A model generated the notes under the pieces. The model searched no databases. It was not told the DNA's origin and saw nothing but the letters and a program-made list of their open reading frames with translations. A stretch of 64,000 nucleotides of DNA from assembly GCA_031277335.1 (NCBI GenBank), contig JAITMM010000184.1, positions 2,541 to 66,540 of the forward strand, written 5' to 3'. The DNA is from Tannerella sp. (GTDB lineage Bacteria; Bacteroidota; Bacteroidia; Bacteroidales; Tannerellaceae). This document shows, piece after piece, positions 37,976 to 48,250 of this stretch; positions within the stretch are counted from its first letter, which is position 1; each line of letters opens with the position of its first letter. A program made the translations under genes and the position numbers.

Positions 37976-39232
37976 TTATTTATTTACAATTGATTTCCCC
38001 TCTGAAGGGTTTTTGAAAAGCACGAGAAGCAGGACGATGGCCACGGCAGTCATCGCGGAAACTATTAGAAACAGCGCCGGCCAGTCAAAATATTCAATCA
38101 GCTTGCCGTTGACCAGCGTGCCGACAAGGTATCCGGCTCCCCAGATGAAAAACAGCAGGAATCCCTGCGCTTCCGCCTTATATTCCTGCGGCACAAGATT
38201 CCCCGTATATACTTGTCCTGCAACGAAGAACAATCCGAAAATCAGACCGTGCGGCAATATCCCTCCCATGCAGAAAAACCACCACCACTGTTGCCCCATT
38301 TCCACGCTTGCGTAAAAGGACATGAACCTGACCAGCATGGCCAGCAGACCGAAAAACATGGCCTTCTTCAAGCCGTATTTGACAAGTATGCCGGTGGTAA
38401 TCAATAGAAAGAACAATTCCGATATCTGCCCCCATCCCATTGTGAAGGTGATGTTGCGCACGTTTTGCGAAGCGAGAAACATTGAGCCGAAGACATTGTA
38501 CATCGTAAACGGTATGATGGCCAGAAAAGAAACAAGCAGAAACCGGTTGAAGTTCCTGTCTTTCAGGATGGATACAATTCTCAGTCCCAAAATGTCGACA
38601 ATTGAATATTTCCCCGCCCTCTTCCTCATCGGAGGCGTTTTGGGCAGCGTGAGATTGATCAGCGCCGCGACGATGGCCACTCCGGAGCCGCAATAAAGCG
38701 GTAGTTCGGTGCCGTCGAATTTCGGTACGCCCAACAGATAGACGGCCACCAGACTGAACAGTCCCGATGCAGCCCAGCCGATTGTGCCAAGCATCCGTAT
38801 CCTCGGGAATTGTCCGGACGGGACGTGTGTCATCGCGATGGAGCTTGTCAGTCCCCAGGTAGGCATATAACATGACATGGCCAAGTACACGGTGATCATC
38901 CAGCCTGCATAACCGGTTTGCTGTGCCGCCAGCAGCAGAAAGACGGCTACCATGACATTAAGTCCGGCCAGCAGTTTTTCCGCATTCAGATAGCGGTCGG
39001 CAATTACTCCCATAAAAGGTGCCGTGATCGAACCGATAGCCGACGAACACAAGATGAGCGTCATCTGCTGGGGCGTCAGGTTAGGCAGACTTTTCAGGAA
39101 AGCAGCCAACGGCATCCACCACACGGCATACATAAAATACTGCATGAACATCATGACGCCCAACTTGATATATACCAATCTACCGAGCGATGCATCCCTG
39201 ACGCGATGCAAACGTTTTTCGGGAGTATTCAT
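37976..39232 (-). CDS. MFS transporter, nucleoside:H+ symporter-like family
   Basis: 418 aa, about 12 helices. The N-terminal LGVMMFMQYFMYAVWWMPLAAFL resembles NupG/XapB-type transporters. Confidence 0.8.
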   Translation of the reverse strand: MNTPEKRLHRVRDASLGRLVYIKLGVMMFMQYFMYAVWWMPLAAFLKSLPNLTPQQMTLILCSSAIGSITAPFMGVIADRYLNAEKLLAGLNVMVAVFLLLAAQQTGYAGWMITVYLAMSCYMPTWGLTSSIAMTHVPSGQFPRIRMLGTIGWAASGLFSLVAVYLLGVPKFDGTELPLYCGSGVAIVAALINLTLPKTPPMRKRAGKYSIVDILGLRIVSILKDRNFNRFLLVSFLAIIPFTMYNVFGSMFLASQNVRNITFTMGWGQISELFFLLITTGILVKYGLKKAMFFGLLAMLVRFMSFYASVEMGQQWWWFFCMGGILPHGLIFGLFFVAGQVYTGNLVPQEYKAEAQGFLLFFIWGAGYLVGTLVNGKLIEYFDWPALFLIVSAMTAVAIVLLLVLFKNPSEGKSIVNK

Positions 39233-40278
39233 TTTATCAATATCTTCTTTACGAAATCTGCGCAGCGTGCTACTTCAATTACAGAATCCGAACCTTCCGG
39301 AATGACGTACGACATTTCGATGTCGCAATGCACCGGCCAGCCCGGTTTGCCCGCATTGCTTTGGATATAAAGCAGAAACTCCTTGAGCGGCGTATCACCC
39401 TGTCCCCAGACGCGGTTTTGCTCTGTCATGCCGACAAGCGTCGCGGTAGGGGCGGTATAATCTTTTATATGGATGGAAGCAATCTTTTCGTGATACTTTT
39501 CAACGATGTCGCGCGGATCCTTACCCGTTGATCCATAGTAGATTCCCATGTCGAAGTTTATGCGTACATTTTCAAACTCAAGGAACGGATCGAATGTGAA
39601 ACTCTCATCGGCAAATTGCGCATGGTTGTGCAACAAAAGGAATTTGCCGTGCTTTACGGCGAAAGGAGATACGCGTCTGGCTGTTTCAAGATCAAGTTCC
39701 GTGCTTACACCCATGGCACCCAGCGCCTTACATACATTGAACATATAGTCCAGCTCGTCATCGGAAGTATTTGAATTGGGCGACAGTTTGATAATATGGA
39801 TATTGACGCCGGCCATCTTGTATATTCCGGCCAATTCCTCATATTTAGACATGGGGACGGAGAGACGCCATGCCCTAACTTCCTCATTATAAACACGCCG
39901 TGCTTCCTGCTGCGCTTCGCGTTGCCGTTGTTGTTCAGGCGTCAACACCTGTCCCGGCTCAGGGCGAATTTGCGGCCCGAACTGAGGCGCTTTCGGCCTG
40001 CCTGCATAGTTCTCGGCCACTTCACCCATCATTTCAAGTGTGCCAAGCCCCGCTGAAAGCGTATAAAGCAATATATTGCCGGCATCGGTTGTCGGCATCA
40101 AACGGAAACTGTACGTGATGGCGCCAATCTCGACACCGCCAAAATTGGAGCGACTCTCCGCCGTTTTATTTGCCGGCGTACAAGCCGTCTGAAGCGGTGC
40201 GACTGCAAAAGCACCTGCAGCTAAAGCCGAAGACTGCAGGAATTTGCGTCGGTTAATGATTAATTTATTATCATTCAT
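39229..40278 (-). CDS. Tat-exported sugar phosphate isomerase/epimerase (xylose-isomerase-like TIM barrel)
   Basis: 349 aa. Twin-arginine signal NRRKFLQSSALAAGAFAVAP. TIM-barrel body (LLLHNHAQ, ASIHIKDY). Confidence 0.85.
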   Translation of the reverse strand: MNDNKLIINRRKFLQSSALAAGAFAVAPLQTACTPANKTAESRSNFGGVEIGAITYSFRLMPTTDAGNILLYTLSAGLGTLEMMGEVAENYAGRPKAPQFGPQIRPEPGQVLTPEQQRQREAQQEARRVYNEEVRAWRLSVPMSKYEELAGIYKMAGVNIHIIKLSPNSNTSDDELDYMFNVCKALGAMGVSTELDLETARRVSPFAVKHGKFLLLHNHAQFADESFTFDPFLEFENVRINFDMGIYYGSTGKDPRDIVEKYHEKIASIHIKDYTAPTATLVGMTEQNRVWGQGDTPLKEFLLYIQSNAGKPGWPVHCDIEMSYVIPEGSDSVIEVARCADFVKKILIK

Positions 40279-40342
40279 GTTGTTAATAAGGAGATTTTTT
40301 TATATTTTGTTAGAGTCGTAATTTGTTAAAAAAAGATGATTG

Positions 40343-40350
40343 CAAAAGTA
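40343..40350 (-). promoter_or_regulatory. Candidate -7 box (TACTTTTG on the minus strand) for the TIM-barrel/MFS operon
   Basis: The plus-strand sequence is CAAAAGTA. It lies 65 nt upstream of the ATG at 40278. Confidence 0.35.
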
Positions 40351-40400
40351 ATAATTTTTTTTATTCACCAATGACTTTTGTCATTATAGTATCAAAAATA

Positions 40401-40436
40401 GATATGAGATACTTTTTTAAAAAAGCATCTCATATC
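40401..40436. terminator. Near-perfect 36-nt palindrome, a likely intrinsic terminator of the SusC-to-TolB-like operon
   Basis: GATATGAGATACTTTTTT / AAAAAAGCATCTCATATC, with one mismatch. It lies 60 nt downstream of the stop at 40496 and is followed on the minus strand by TATTTTTGAT. Confidence 0.6.
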
Positions 40437-40495
40437 ATTAAAAACAAAAAATTTAAAGTGAATATGCTAAAAAATCTGTACGAAATATTTAATAT

Positions 40496-41479
40496 CTACC
40501 GTGCAGGCGTCGTTGCAGAAGGTTCTTCCAGACGATAACTGACAAAAGCAAAGCGTTTGCTATCCGGCGCCCATGAATGAACATTAATTGTTCCCTGTCC
40601 GCCGAAAAGTTCGACAACGGTTTTGGGTGTTCCTCCTTCAGCCGGCATCAGACGCAACATTACATTCTTGTTGGCAGGATGGTCACCGGGTTCAACGTCT
40701 CCTTTGCGATAGGCGATGACTACAACTTGTTTGCCGTCAGGTGAAACATGTGGAAACCACGTATTTAAATCATTGTCGAAAGTCATTTGCGTCTGTTCAG
40801 AGCCGTCAGCATTCATTCTCCAGGCTTGCATCAATCCGGAGCGTACGGAATTAAACCAGATATACTTGCCACAAGGTGAATATTCCGGCCCGTCATCCAG
40901 CCCTTCGGCCTCTGTCAGGCGACGCTCCTTTCCTCCCCTAGCAGGGATGACATAAACATCAAAATTGCCGTTACGCTCAGCGCAGTAGGCAAGAAAGTTA
41001 TTATCAGGACTGATGCCATGAAGATAACTTGGGCCTATTGGGGTAATCAATTGAGGCACACCGCCTTCTGTCGGCACAGTATATACATACGATCGACGTG
41101 CCTCTACAGGACTGGCGCTGATTGCAATAAACTTTCCGTCAAAACTGACTACATGATCATTGTTCGCAGTGGCGACGAAATCAGTATTGATTAATTGCGG
41201 CCGACTGTCGGGAATATCAGGAGAAATCTTATATAACAGTCCACCACTATTATATATCAGCCACTTACCATCGGGAGTCCAGTTTGGAGCTTCGATGCGA
41301 GTATTAAATTCCCTGACAACTTTCCGTGTTCCGGTAGTGATGTCATAAATCTCCAAAAAGCTGGTGATTCTTTGTCTCTGCTGACCCTGTGCATTGCTTT
41401 GTTGAGGCTGTTGCGCAGAAGTAGAAACAGAAAAAATCGCCAACATGCAAAATGTTAAAAAACTGTATTTCATAAACAT
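40496..41479 (-). CDS. Secreted TolB-like (PD40/WD40-like) beta-propeller protein
   Basis: 327 aa with a signal peptide. Repeated PD40 motifs TPDGKWLIY, SFDGKFIA, SPDNNFLAY, SPCGKYIWF, SPDGKQVVV and APDSKRFAF. Confidence 0.8.
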   Translation of the reverse strand: MFMKYSFLTFCMLAIFSVSTSAQQPQQSNAQGQQRQRITSFLEIYDITTGTRKVVREFNTRIEAPNWTPDGKWLIYNSGGLLYKISPDIPDSRPQLINTDFVATANNDHVVSFDGKFIAISASPVEARRSYVYTVPTEGGVPQLITPIGPSYLHGISPDNNFLAYCAERNGNFDVYVIPARGGKERRLTEAEGLDDGPEYSPCGKYIWFNSVRSGLMQAWRMNADGSEQTQMTFDNDLNTWFPHVSPDGKQVVVIAYRKGDVEPGDHPANKNVMLRLMPAEGGTPKTVVELFGGQGTINVHSWAPDSKRFAFVSYRLEEPSATTPAR

Positions 41480-41516
41480 ATATTTTTAATATTGAATAAT
41501 TAAACTTTAAATAGGA

Positions 41517-42167
41517 TTATAATTTTTTAAATTCTACATTTGTAAAATAAGCTGTTTCAAGTATATCTACATCATGTGAACAGATAAAAAAACCGACGTA
41601 AAAAGTACCCGGAAAATCCATCTCAATTTCTGCCGTGATATCTTTTGGTAAAACATCGGTGGCCGTTCTCATACGGATTTTGTTGCCGATCTTTTCCAAG
41701 GTGATATAGTTGCCGTTGGGCGGGCCTTTTATTTCTTCGGTTTGGCCTCCTGTTTCTTTACGGTATTGCAGCGAAGTCAAACCATCTCCGTGGATGGAAA
41801 TATGCACACATCTCGATTCGCCGGTAAGAGCATCTCGAATCATTATGCCAATTTTACGGTGGGCTACGACTCCTTTACCTTCGAAAGCAACTTTCGTTGT
41901 CATTGAAAAATCACCTTTTACCTGTTTCCAGGCATAAAAAAGCTGGTCAGTATTTCCCCACACATTATTACCACCTCCGGAGAGGGTGTAGGTCTGGGTG
42001 GAGCCTTCATACTTGATACTGCCGAACAATTTCATGCCTCCTACGTCACTTACGCCGTCAAATATGCCTAACCCGCTGATTTGTTGCGCGTAGGAATTTG
42101 AAAAGACGATTACTAAAGCGAAAATTAATATCGCTTTGATTGCCGAGAAAAATTTTAAATTCTTCAT
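41517..42167 (-). CDS. Secreted concanavalin-A-like (LamG/DUF1349-like) jelly-roll protein
   Basis: 216 aa with a signal peptide. The pattern DQLFYAWKQVKGDFSMTTKV...HRKIGIMIRD...LQYRKETGG is typical of ConA-like lectin/glucanase domains. The family call is approximate. Confidence 0.55.
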   Translation of the reverse strand: MKNLKFFSAIKAILIFALVIVFSNSYAQQISGLGIFDGVSDVGGMKLFGSIKYEGSTQTYTLSGGGNNVWGNTDQLFYAWKQVKGDFSMTTKVAFEGKGVVAHRKIGIMIRDALTGESRCVHISIHGDGLTSLQYRKETGGQTEEIKGPPNGNYITLEKIGNKIRMRTATDVLPKDITAEIEMDFPGTFYVGFFICSHDVDILETAYFTNVEFKKL

Positions 42168-42171
42168 TTGA

Positions 42172-42792
42172 TCATTTTGTTGTTAATTTGTTAATATTTT
42201 TTTGCGTAATAGATAAATCTTCTACATAAACTTTTCCATTTTCTGCAAACAGTTCTATTTTATTAAATTCGGCTGAATAATAATACAAACTTGTTAATTC
42301 TACCATACCATCCATTGTCAACAACTTAATTGAATCGGTGTCCAGAATGATTCGGATATCAAGCATTTCGACTTCATCTAAGGAATAAAACTGCACCGGA
42401 ACGTCCACAAATGCTTCCGGAGAAGATGAATGTCTGCACTCGACGAAGAATATTTGAAGGAAAGAATTGTATCCTGCTTCAATATATTGTCCATACTGAT
42501 TGCTCAGCCTGATTCCGAATTTCTCTGCCGAACCTACCCCCAGCCAAAAGTTGTTGGGCTTGAAACGTATGTCTATTTCAGCCGGTGCAACAGGAAACTT
42601 TATTTTTGAACTGATGTCCACTATTCCTGAACTACGAATATCCTGTATCAACTCTACGTTCCGAAAACTTACTTTTTCAATAGAATTTCCACAAGACCCT
42701 GCCAAAAGCAAGAGACAAAGAACAGAGAAAACGGATATCAGTTCTGTCCGTATAACGTATTCTGTTGTTTTAAATTGTTTGCATTTACACAT
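42172..42792 (-). CDS. Hypothetical lipoprotein in the position of a surface glycan-binding protein
   Basis: 206 aa. Lipobox LLLLAGSCG. It lies immediately downstream of the SusD-like gene. I recognised no family. Confidence 0.55.
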   Translation of the reverse strand: MCKCKQFKTTEYVIRTELISVFSVLCLLLLAGSCGNSIEKVSFRNVELIQDIRSSGIVDISSKIKFPVAPAEIDIRFKPNNFWLGVGSAEKFGIRLSNQYGQYIEAGYNSFLQIFFVECRHSSSPEAFVDVPVQFYSLDEVEMLDIRIILDTDSIKLLTMDGMVELTSLYYYSAEFNKIELFAENGKVYVEDLSITQKNINKLTTK

Positions 42793-42809
42793 TATTTCAA
42801 AGAAAGCAA

Positions 42810-44567
42810 TTATTGGTCGTAACCGGGATTTTGTTTATAAAGTCCTTTACTGTATGTTATTTGATTGTTAGGAATAGGGAAGTATTCATGTTTGCCTTTT
42901 GTAAATAGCGCATTGCTCATATATTGAGCTCTACGTATTTTTTCTACCTCATAATATTTATTCAATACATCACCCAATACTCCCCAGCGTGTCAAATCAA
43001 ACCCATGTTTTCCTTCCAGAGCCATCTCAAGGCGCACTTCCCATTGAAGCGCTCTCCAGGCGTAATCTCTTGTCCATCCGGCAGCAGGATATTCTTCGAT
43101 CTTAAAGTGGGCCGAAGGCGTACCGTCCGGCATTATCAATCGGGACGTGCTGTTTTTTGCACGAGTACGAAGTTGATTGATGATTAGGCGTGCTTCTTCC
43201 AATTCTCCTAATTGTATCAGCGCTTCGGCTTTCCATAGCAGGACTTCGGCATAACGAATCAAATCTCTCTTCAAGGAACTGCTGCGGAAAAATGTTGCTG
43301 CTGTGTAACAGGTGCAATTATAGGTCTCTATCTCTTTTAACGACATTGTATAGCCATAAAGTTGGGGGTCGCGAATGCCGCTTGTGGGGAGTAGATAAGT
43401 CAAATCGTATTTATAAGGTCTGTCAACAAATGCTACCGTGTGCATAAGTCGCGGATCAACCGTTATTTCAGGATGAGCGTCAATATCAGACCCTTGTTGG
43501 AATTGAGGGGCATTGTTATCATTAAAGTTGTCGAATAGGGGCAGTCCTGTAGCAGGATCAGTCTTGTATGCATTCACCAAATTCTGGCTCGGCTGACGAA
43601 AACCGCAACATCCGTATTCAGGAGTGACAATATAGGACAGCATTGAGAACATATTGAGTTTTCCGAAAGGTGTTCCGTCATTAATCGAACTTTGAACGGC
43701 GAAGACTGATTCCGATACTTCCGTACTACCTTTTGTTCCAAATTCGTAGAGGAAATTTTTTGCAAAATCATCGTTCAATATGAATCTGTTTCTGCTTTGT
43801 ATCCAGCTGACTAACGATACTACCTCCCTCATTTTATCCATGTTCACGTTATTAACGGAATAATCTTCATTTTGCTCGTATGCTGCAAACATCAAAGCCT
43901 TAACAAGGAAACTTGTAGCCGAAAACTTATTGGCACGCCCTACATCCAAATTATCTTCAGGAAGATTGTCGGCAGCATAACGGAAATCGGCAATGATCAA
44001 ATCCCACAATTCTTGCGAGGTATATTTCACATTCGATTCTTCGAGCAATTGGGCTTCGTCCATGGTTTCATCCACCCAAACCACTCGGTTAAAAATCTGT
44101 TTTAGCTGAATGTATTGGAATGCACGCAGAAAACGCATCTCGGCTGCCCGCTTTATTTTATCGGGATATTCAGCCTCAGTGAGGTTGTTTATACGGGCTA
44201 ATGCATTGTTGGCACGTGAAATAGCGACGTAATGTCTTACCCATTTCGTGTTAAATTCAGCCCTTGTTACCTGAATTGTCGAAGACACTTCAATATCGTG
44301 TCCCCAAGCCTGGTCGGAGACGCCGCCTCCGCCTTTATACATATCACCGCTCCGAAGATCGGAAAACCACCAGGCTGCCTGTACTTCATAATCGTGTTCT
44401 ACATGAGCGTAGGCAGCTATTATCATTTTTTCGACCATTTCAGGTGTATTTAACATTTCTTCACCAATTGTTCCTTTCGGTTGTACATCAAGATAATCTT
44501 CGCACGAAAGAGACAGGATGGCAAATCCCAAGATGACAAATAAATAGTTTAAACTTTTCATATTCAA
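42810..44567 (-). CDS. SusD/RagB-family nutrient-binding outer-membrane lipoprotein
   Basis: 585 aa. Lipobox ILSLSCEDY, TPR-like helical sequence, and 6 nt downstream of the SusC-like gene. Confidence 0.9.
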   Translation of the reverse strand: MNMKSLNYLFVILGFAILSLSCEDYLDVQPKGTIGEEMLNTPEMVEKMIIAAYAHVEHDYEVQAAWWFSDLRSGDMYKGGGGVSDQAWGHDIEVSSTIQVTRAEFNTKWVRHYVAISRANNALARINNLTEAEYPDKIKRAAEMRFLRAFQYIQLKQIFNRVVWVDETMDEAQLLEESNVKYTSQELWDLIIADFRYAADNLPEDNLDVGRANKFSATSFLVKALMFAAYEQNEDYSVNNVNMDKMREVVSLVSWIQSRNRFILNDDFAKNFLYEFGTKGSTEVSESVFAVQSSINDGTPFGKLNMFSMLSYIVTPEYGCCGFRQPSQNLVNAYKTDPATGLPLFDNFNDNNAPQFQQGSDIDAHPEITVDPRLMHTVAFVDRPYKYDLTYLLPTSGIRDPQLYGYTMSLKEIETYNCTCYTAATFFRSSSLKRDLIRYAEVLLWKAEALIQLGELEEARLIINQLRTRAKNSTSRLIMPDGTPSAHFKIEEYPAAGWTRDYAWRALQWEVRLEMALEGKHGFDLTRWGVLGDVLNKYYEVEKIRRAQYMSNALFTKGKHEYFPIPNNQITYSKGLYKQNPGYDQ

Positions 44568-44573
44568 TTATTT

Positions 44574-47500
44574 TTAGAATGTAACATTAAGACCTATTGT
44601 TATAGATAGAGGAATTGGATAAGCATTTCCGGGAGTTTCCGGATCGGCTCCTGTAAAAGCCTGATCACCTGATTTCTTATAAAACTTCAACAGATTTCGG
44701 CCTAATAAATAGACACGGGCATTCTGAATCAGGATTTTATTTGATAAGGATGTAGGAATGGTATACCCAAATTCCATATTACGCAATTTAAAATAAGAGA
44801 CGTTTTCCAGAAAATAAGTAGAATTTGCTCTTGTACTTCCTTCCAGATTTACGTCATTTAAAGATAAGGCGGGGATCTTTGAGTTTGGATTTTCGGGCGA
44901 CCAGGCATCCAAGGTTTGTTTGCCGTAATTTTGTCCCATGTGTCCTGCTGCTCCGATAAACTGGCTGTTGAGTTTGACGGCTCTCCCCGCATCACTGAAT
45001 TTTCCGGCTTCTCCGTTCCAAAACATGCTGAAATCCCATTGCTTATATCGTAGACCGATACTAATGCCATAGATGAAATCAGGATCGGTTTTACCGATAT
45101 AGTCCCGGTCGGCTGTTGTAATAGACCCGTCCGGAGGAGGTGTATTACCCGGTGTTGCTCCGGGTCCTGAAATATCACGGTATATAATACGCCCGATTCC
45201 TTTACCCGATTGGTTTATATAGGCATCAACTTCTTCCTGTGTCTTGAATAGACCGTCTGCATAGTAGCCGAAAACAGAACTACGCGAACGTCCCAAGATA
45301 ATCTTATCTACACCATTTCCTGCATATTGAGTTAGTACGGTTGTAGGCAACTCGGTTACCTTGTTGCGGTATCTGCTCAAGTTTGCACTTACATTATACG
45401 ACAAATCTCCTATCCTGTCTCTGTACTGCGCAATAAATTCAAAGCCTTGATTTTCCATGCTTGCCCCGTTTACCGTCCGGTTTGAGCCTTCGCCCAAAAC
45501 GCCCAGAGAGGGAGGCGTGACTAATATATCTGTGGCTTTTTTGAAGAAATAATCTACTGAACCGGTCAGTTTTTGATTCATAAATCCAAAATCAATACCA
45601 ATATTGTTTTCCGTTATAGTTTCCCATTTCAGAAGGACGTTTTCCATTTGCATACGACGGAATCCCATCGGTTTTGTTCCGCTGCCGGCACCTGTTATAT
45701 CGTAGGACGTGCCATCGTCATTGCCGCTAACTCCCGCATTCTGTGACTGATATAGAGATTGATACAACCCTTGTGCAGCAAAATCATCAATTCCCCGCTC
45801 ATTTCCTGTCTGTCCCCATCCGTAGCGTAATTTCAGATCGGATACAACCGGAAGATTTTTTTTGAAAAAACCTTCTTCGCTCAATCGCCAAGCAAGCGAA
45901 AAGGCGGGGAATGTAGCGAAACGATGGTTTGCCCCAAATTTTGAAGAGCCGTCGCGACGTAAGGTGAAAGAAGCCAAATACTTGTCGCGGTACACATAAT
46001 TTGCTCTCCCAAAATAAGATAACAGACGTGATTGGGAAGCTCTGTTTGGAGAGGGGTCATTGTCGGTAGCAGCACCAAGTATGATACTTGATTCTCCGGC
46101 AAAAATATACATGTATTCCGGGTCATAAAGATCGTATCCATCACGCATATACTGCTGATATTCAAGTGATGTATTGATTTGTTCATGTCCAAGATTTATA
46201 TCAATATGATGATACCCAAATTCCAGCATATAACTCAATGTATTAGTCCAAGTCAATGAACCGGTGCGATTTGCTTCGTTTTGAACACGCGAGAGATCAT
46301 CGACGAGTGCTCCGTCTGAAAACGGCAATGTCATTATTCTCGAATATTCAAAACCCTGATTCAACGATATATTTGTTCTTGCATGCAGGTTTTTGATGAT
46401 CTCCAAATCAAGATAAACATTACCCATTAACCGCAGCATATTCTCGTAATTATCTTTATTCTGTTCTATGATGCGAAGTGGATTTTGCCCGTTATCATCC
46501 ATAGCGCCATAAGCGCCTCCCCAACCGATGCCGTCATCCGTATGTATTGGTATAATCGGTTGAATTTGTTGGGTTCTGCTAAATAAACTGCCTTGATTGA
46601 GACTGCTTCTTTTAGTATGGGATATCATAATATTTTCTCCGATGTTCAATCTATCTTTAATCAACGTATAATCGGAATTGATTCGGATGCTCATACGGTT
46701 GTTATAAGTACCTTTGACGGCGCCTACATTATCTAAATAATCGAGTGAAAGCAGAGCGCGTCCTTTAGAACTTCCGGTTGATGCGGTGACGTTATAGCTC
46801 TGTGTGATTGCCGTTTGCAGAACTTCCTTGACCCAGTCCGTATCTGCCGGTCTCATAGTGGGACCTGTCGGTCTGTCGGCGTCAATCCATTCCGGATAGT
46901 CAATTCGATCCAGCACCCAATTGCCATTTGCCTCTTGATGATCTGTATATATATAAGGCCAACTTGTCGGTTCTACGCCGTCATTGCGACTTGCTCTCCA
47001 TTGCGCCCACCCGCGATCGTAGGTATTCAACCATTCCAACGGTTTTTGCGTGTACGTATTTACTGTCATCGAACTCCTGAAACTAATGGAGGAGGTAGCT
47101 GACCTGTCGGCTTTTTTTGTTGTGACAATGATTACGCCGTTTGCAGCGCGCGAACCATAAATTGAAGCCGAAGAAGCATCCTTCAAAACTTGAATTGATT
47201 CAATATCTTCGGATGCAATGTTATTCATATCTCCAACGGTTGGTATTCCATCGATGATGTAAAGCGGGTCGCTATTGCTTAATGTGCTGACACCACGAAC
47301 TCTAACCGTAGCATCGCCGGTTGGACTTCCTGTTGAGGTAATAAACAATCCCGGTACCTGTCCCTGCAATGTTTGCATGATATTGCTTGAAGGGATGTTT
47401 TCTATCTCGTTCATTTTCACAACAGCTACTGCACCGGTAAGATCGCGTTTTCTTTGTGTGCTATAGCCAGTTACAACGACTTCATCCAGGCTTTGTGAAT

Positions 47501-48137
47501 CCTCTCTCATTACCACATTCATGGTACGTTGGGTGCTCACTGTTATTTCCTGCGTCAAGTAGCCGACATAGCTAAAAACAAGGATTGACTGACTGCCGGA
47601 TACGGAAAGGGAGAATTTCCCGTCGATGTCCGTAATTGTACCGATCGTTGTGCCTTTCACCTGTACGTTGACGCCTATAAGAGGTTCGTTGCTCTCGTCC
47701 CGGACAGTTCCGGAAATCGGATTGTCTTGCTGTTTGGTGGCAGGTAAAACGTTCAAATCATCCCGCGAGGAAGCAGGCATCAGCACAATCTGTCGATCTA
47801 CAACTGTGTAAACAACATCCTTGCTGTCAAATAATTGAGCAAGTACGTCCGTGATCGGCCGGTTGTCGGCGCTCACGCTTACCGTTTTGTCTACATCGAC
47901 TAATTTGCCGTTGTAGAGGAAATAAAATTCAGATTGGTCTTCAATTTGCATGAGCACATCTTTTATCTCAACTTGATTCATGTGAAGAGTCAAGCGAGTC
48001 AACTGCGAATAGGCATCGGCTGCAAAAAGATGCAGCGATGAAAAGCATATCAAAAAAAGTGATATTTTCAAGATACATATTCGCCCTTTTGTCCTTTTTG
48101 CCAAAAGTGATACATTTTTAAATATATGTATATTCAT
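44574..48137 (-). CDS. SusC/RagA-family TonB-dependent transporter with an N-terminal STN signalling domain
   Basis: 1187 aa. STN domain (LHMNQVEIKDVLMQIEDQSEFYFLY...), carboxypeptidase-regulatory-like domain (ISGTVRDESNEPLIGVNVQVKGTTIGTITDIDGKFSL), plug (IQVLKDASSASIYGSRAANGVIIVTTK) and the terminal aromatic residue ...GLNVTF. Confidence 0.95.
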   Translation of the reverse strand: MNIHIFKNVSLLAKRTKGRICILKISLFLICFSSLHLFAADAYSQLTRLTLHMNQVEIKDVLMQIEDQSEFYFLYNGKLVDVDKTVSVSADNRPITDVLAQLFDSKDVVYTVVDRQIVLMPASSRDDLNVLPATKQQDNPISGTVRDESNEPLIGVNVQVKGTTIGTITDIDGKFSLSVSGSQSILVFSYVGYLTQEITVSTQRTMNVVMREDSQSLDEVVVTGYSTQRKRDLTGAVAVVKMNEIENIPSSNIMQTLQGQVPGLFITSTGSPTGDATVRVRGVSTLSNSDPLYIIDGIPTVGDMNNIASEDIESIQVLKDASSASIYGSRAANGVIIVTTKKADRSATSSISFRSSMTVNTYTQKPLEWLNTYDRGWAQWRASRNDGVEPTSWPYIYTDHQEANGNWVLDRIDYPEWIDADRPTGPTMRPADTDWVKEVLQTAITQSYNVTASTGSSKGRALLSLDYLDNVGAVKGTYNNRMSIRINSDYTLIKDRLNIGENIMISHTKRSSLNQGSLFSRTQQIQPIIPIHTDDGIGWGGAYGAMDDNGQNPLRIIEQNKDNYENMLRLMGNVYLDLEIIKNLHARTNISLNQGFEYSRIMTLPFSDGALVDDLSRVQNEANRTGSLTWTNTLSYMLEFGYHHIDINLGHEQINTSLEYQQYMRDGYDLYDPEYMYIFAGESSIILGAATDNDPSPNRASQSRLLSYFGRANYVYRDKYLASFTLRRDGSSKFGANHRFATFPAFSLAWRLSEEGFFKKNLPVVSDLKLRYGWGQTGNERGIDDFAAQGLYQSLYQSQNAGVSGNDDGTSYDITGAGSGTKPMGFRRMQMENVLLKWETITENNIGIDFGFMNQKLTGSVDYFFKKATDILVTPPSLGVLGEGSNRTVNGASMENQGFEFIAQYRDRIGDLSYNVSANLSRYRNKVTELPTTVLTQYAGNGVDKIILGRSRSSVFGYYADGLFKTQEEVDAYINQSGKGIGRIIYRDISGPGATPGNTPPPDGSITTADRDYIGKTDPDFIYGISIGLRYKQWDFSMFWNGEAGKFSDAGRAVKLNSQFIGAAGHMGQNYGKQTLDAWSPENPNSKIPALSLNDVNLEGSTRANSTYFLENVSYFKLRNMEFGYTIPTSLSNKILIQNARVYLLGRNLLKFYKKSGDQAFTGADPETPGNAYPIPLSITIGLNVTF

Positions 48138-48207
48138 TTTTTAAATCGTTTTTATTTTGTTATAATTAAGGGTTTTGACAATAATGTCATTGATAAATAA
48201 ATGTATG

Positions 48208-48227
48208 GGAGCAATGTTCTTTGCTCC
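48208..48227. other. 7-bp hairpin between the anti-sigma gene and the SusC-like gene
   Basis: GGAGCAA-TGTTCT-TTGCTCC, 24 nt downstream of the FecR-like stop. It could be a partial terminator or attenuator. Confidence 0.3.
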
Positions 48228-48250
48228 TTTCCTGTGGTTAAGCCGTCGGC

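Noticed and set aside
40279-40495. ORF 40323..40538 (71 aa) in the AT-rich spacer.
   Set aside because: It is a Lys/Asn/Phe-rich translation of AT-rich intergenic DNA that holds a promoter box and a terminator palindrome. It also runs into the 3' end of the TolB-like gene.
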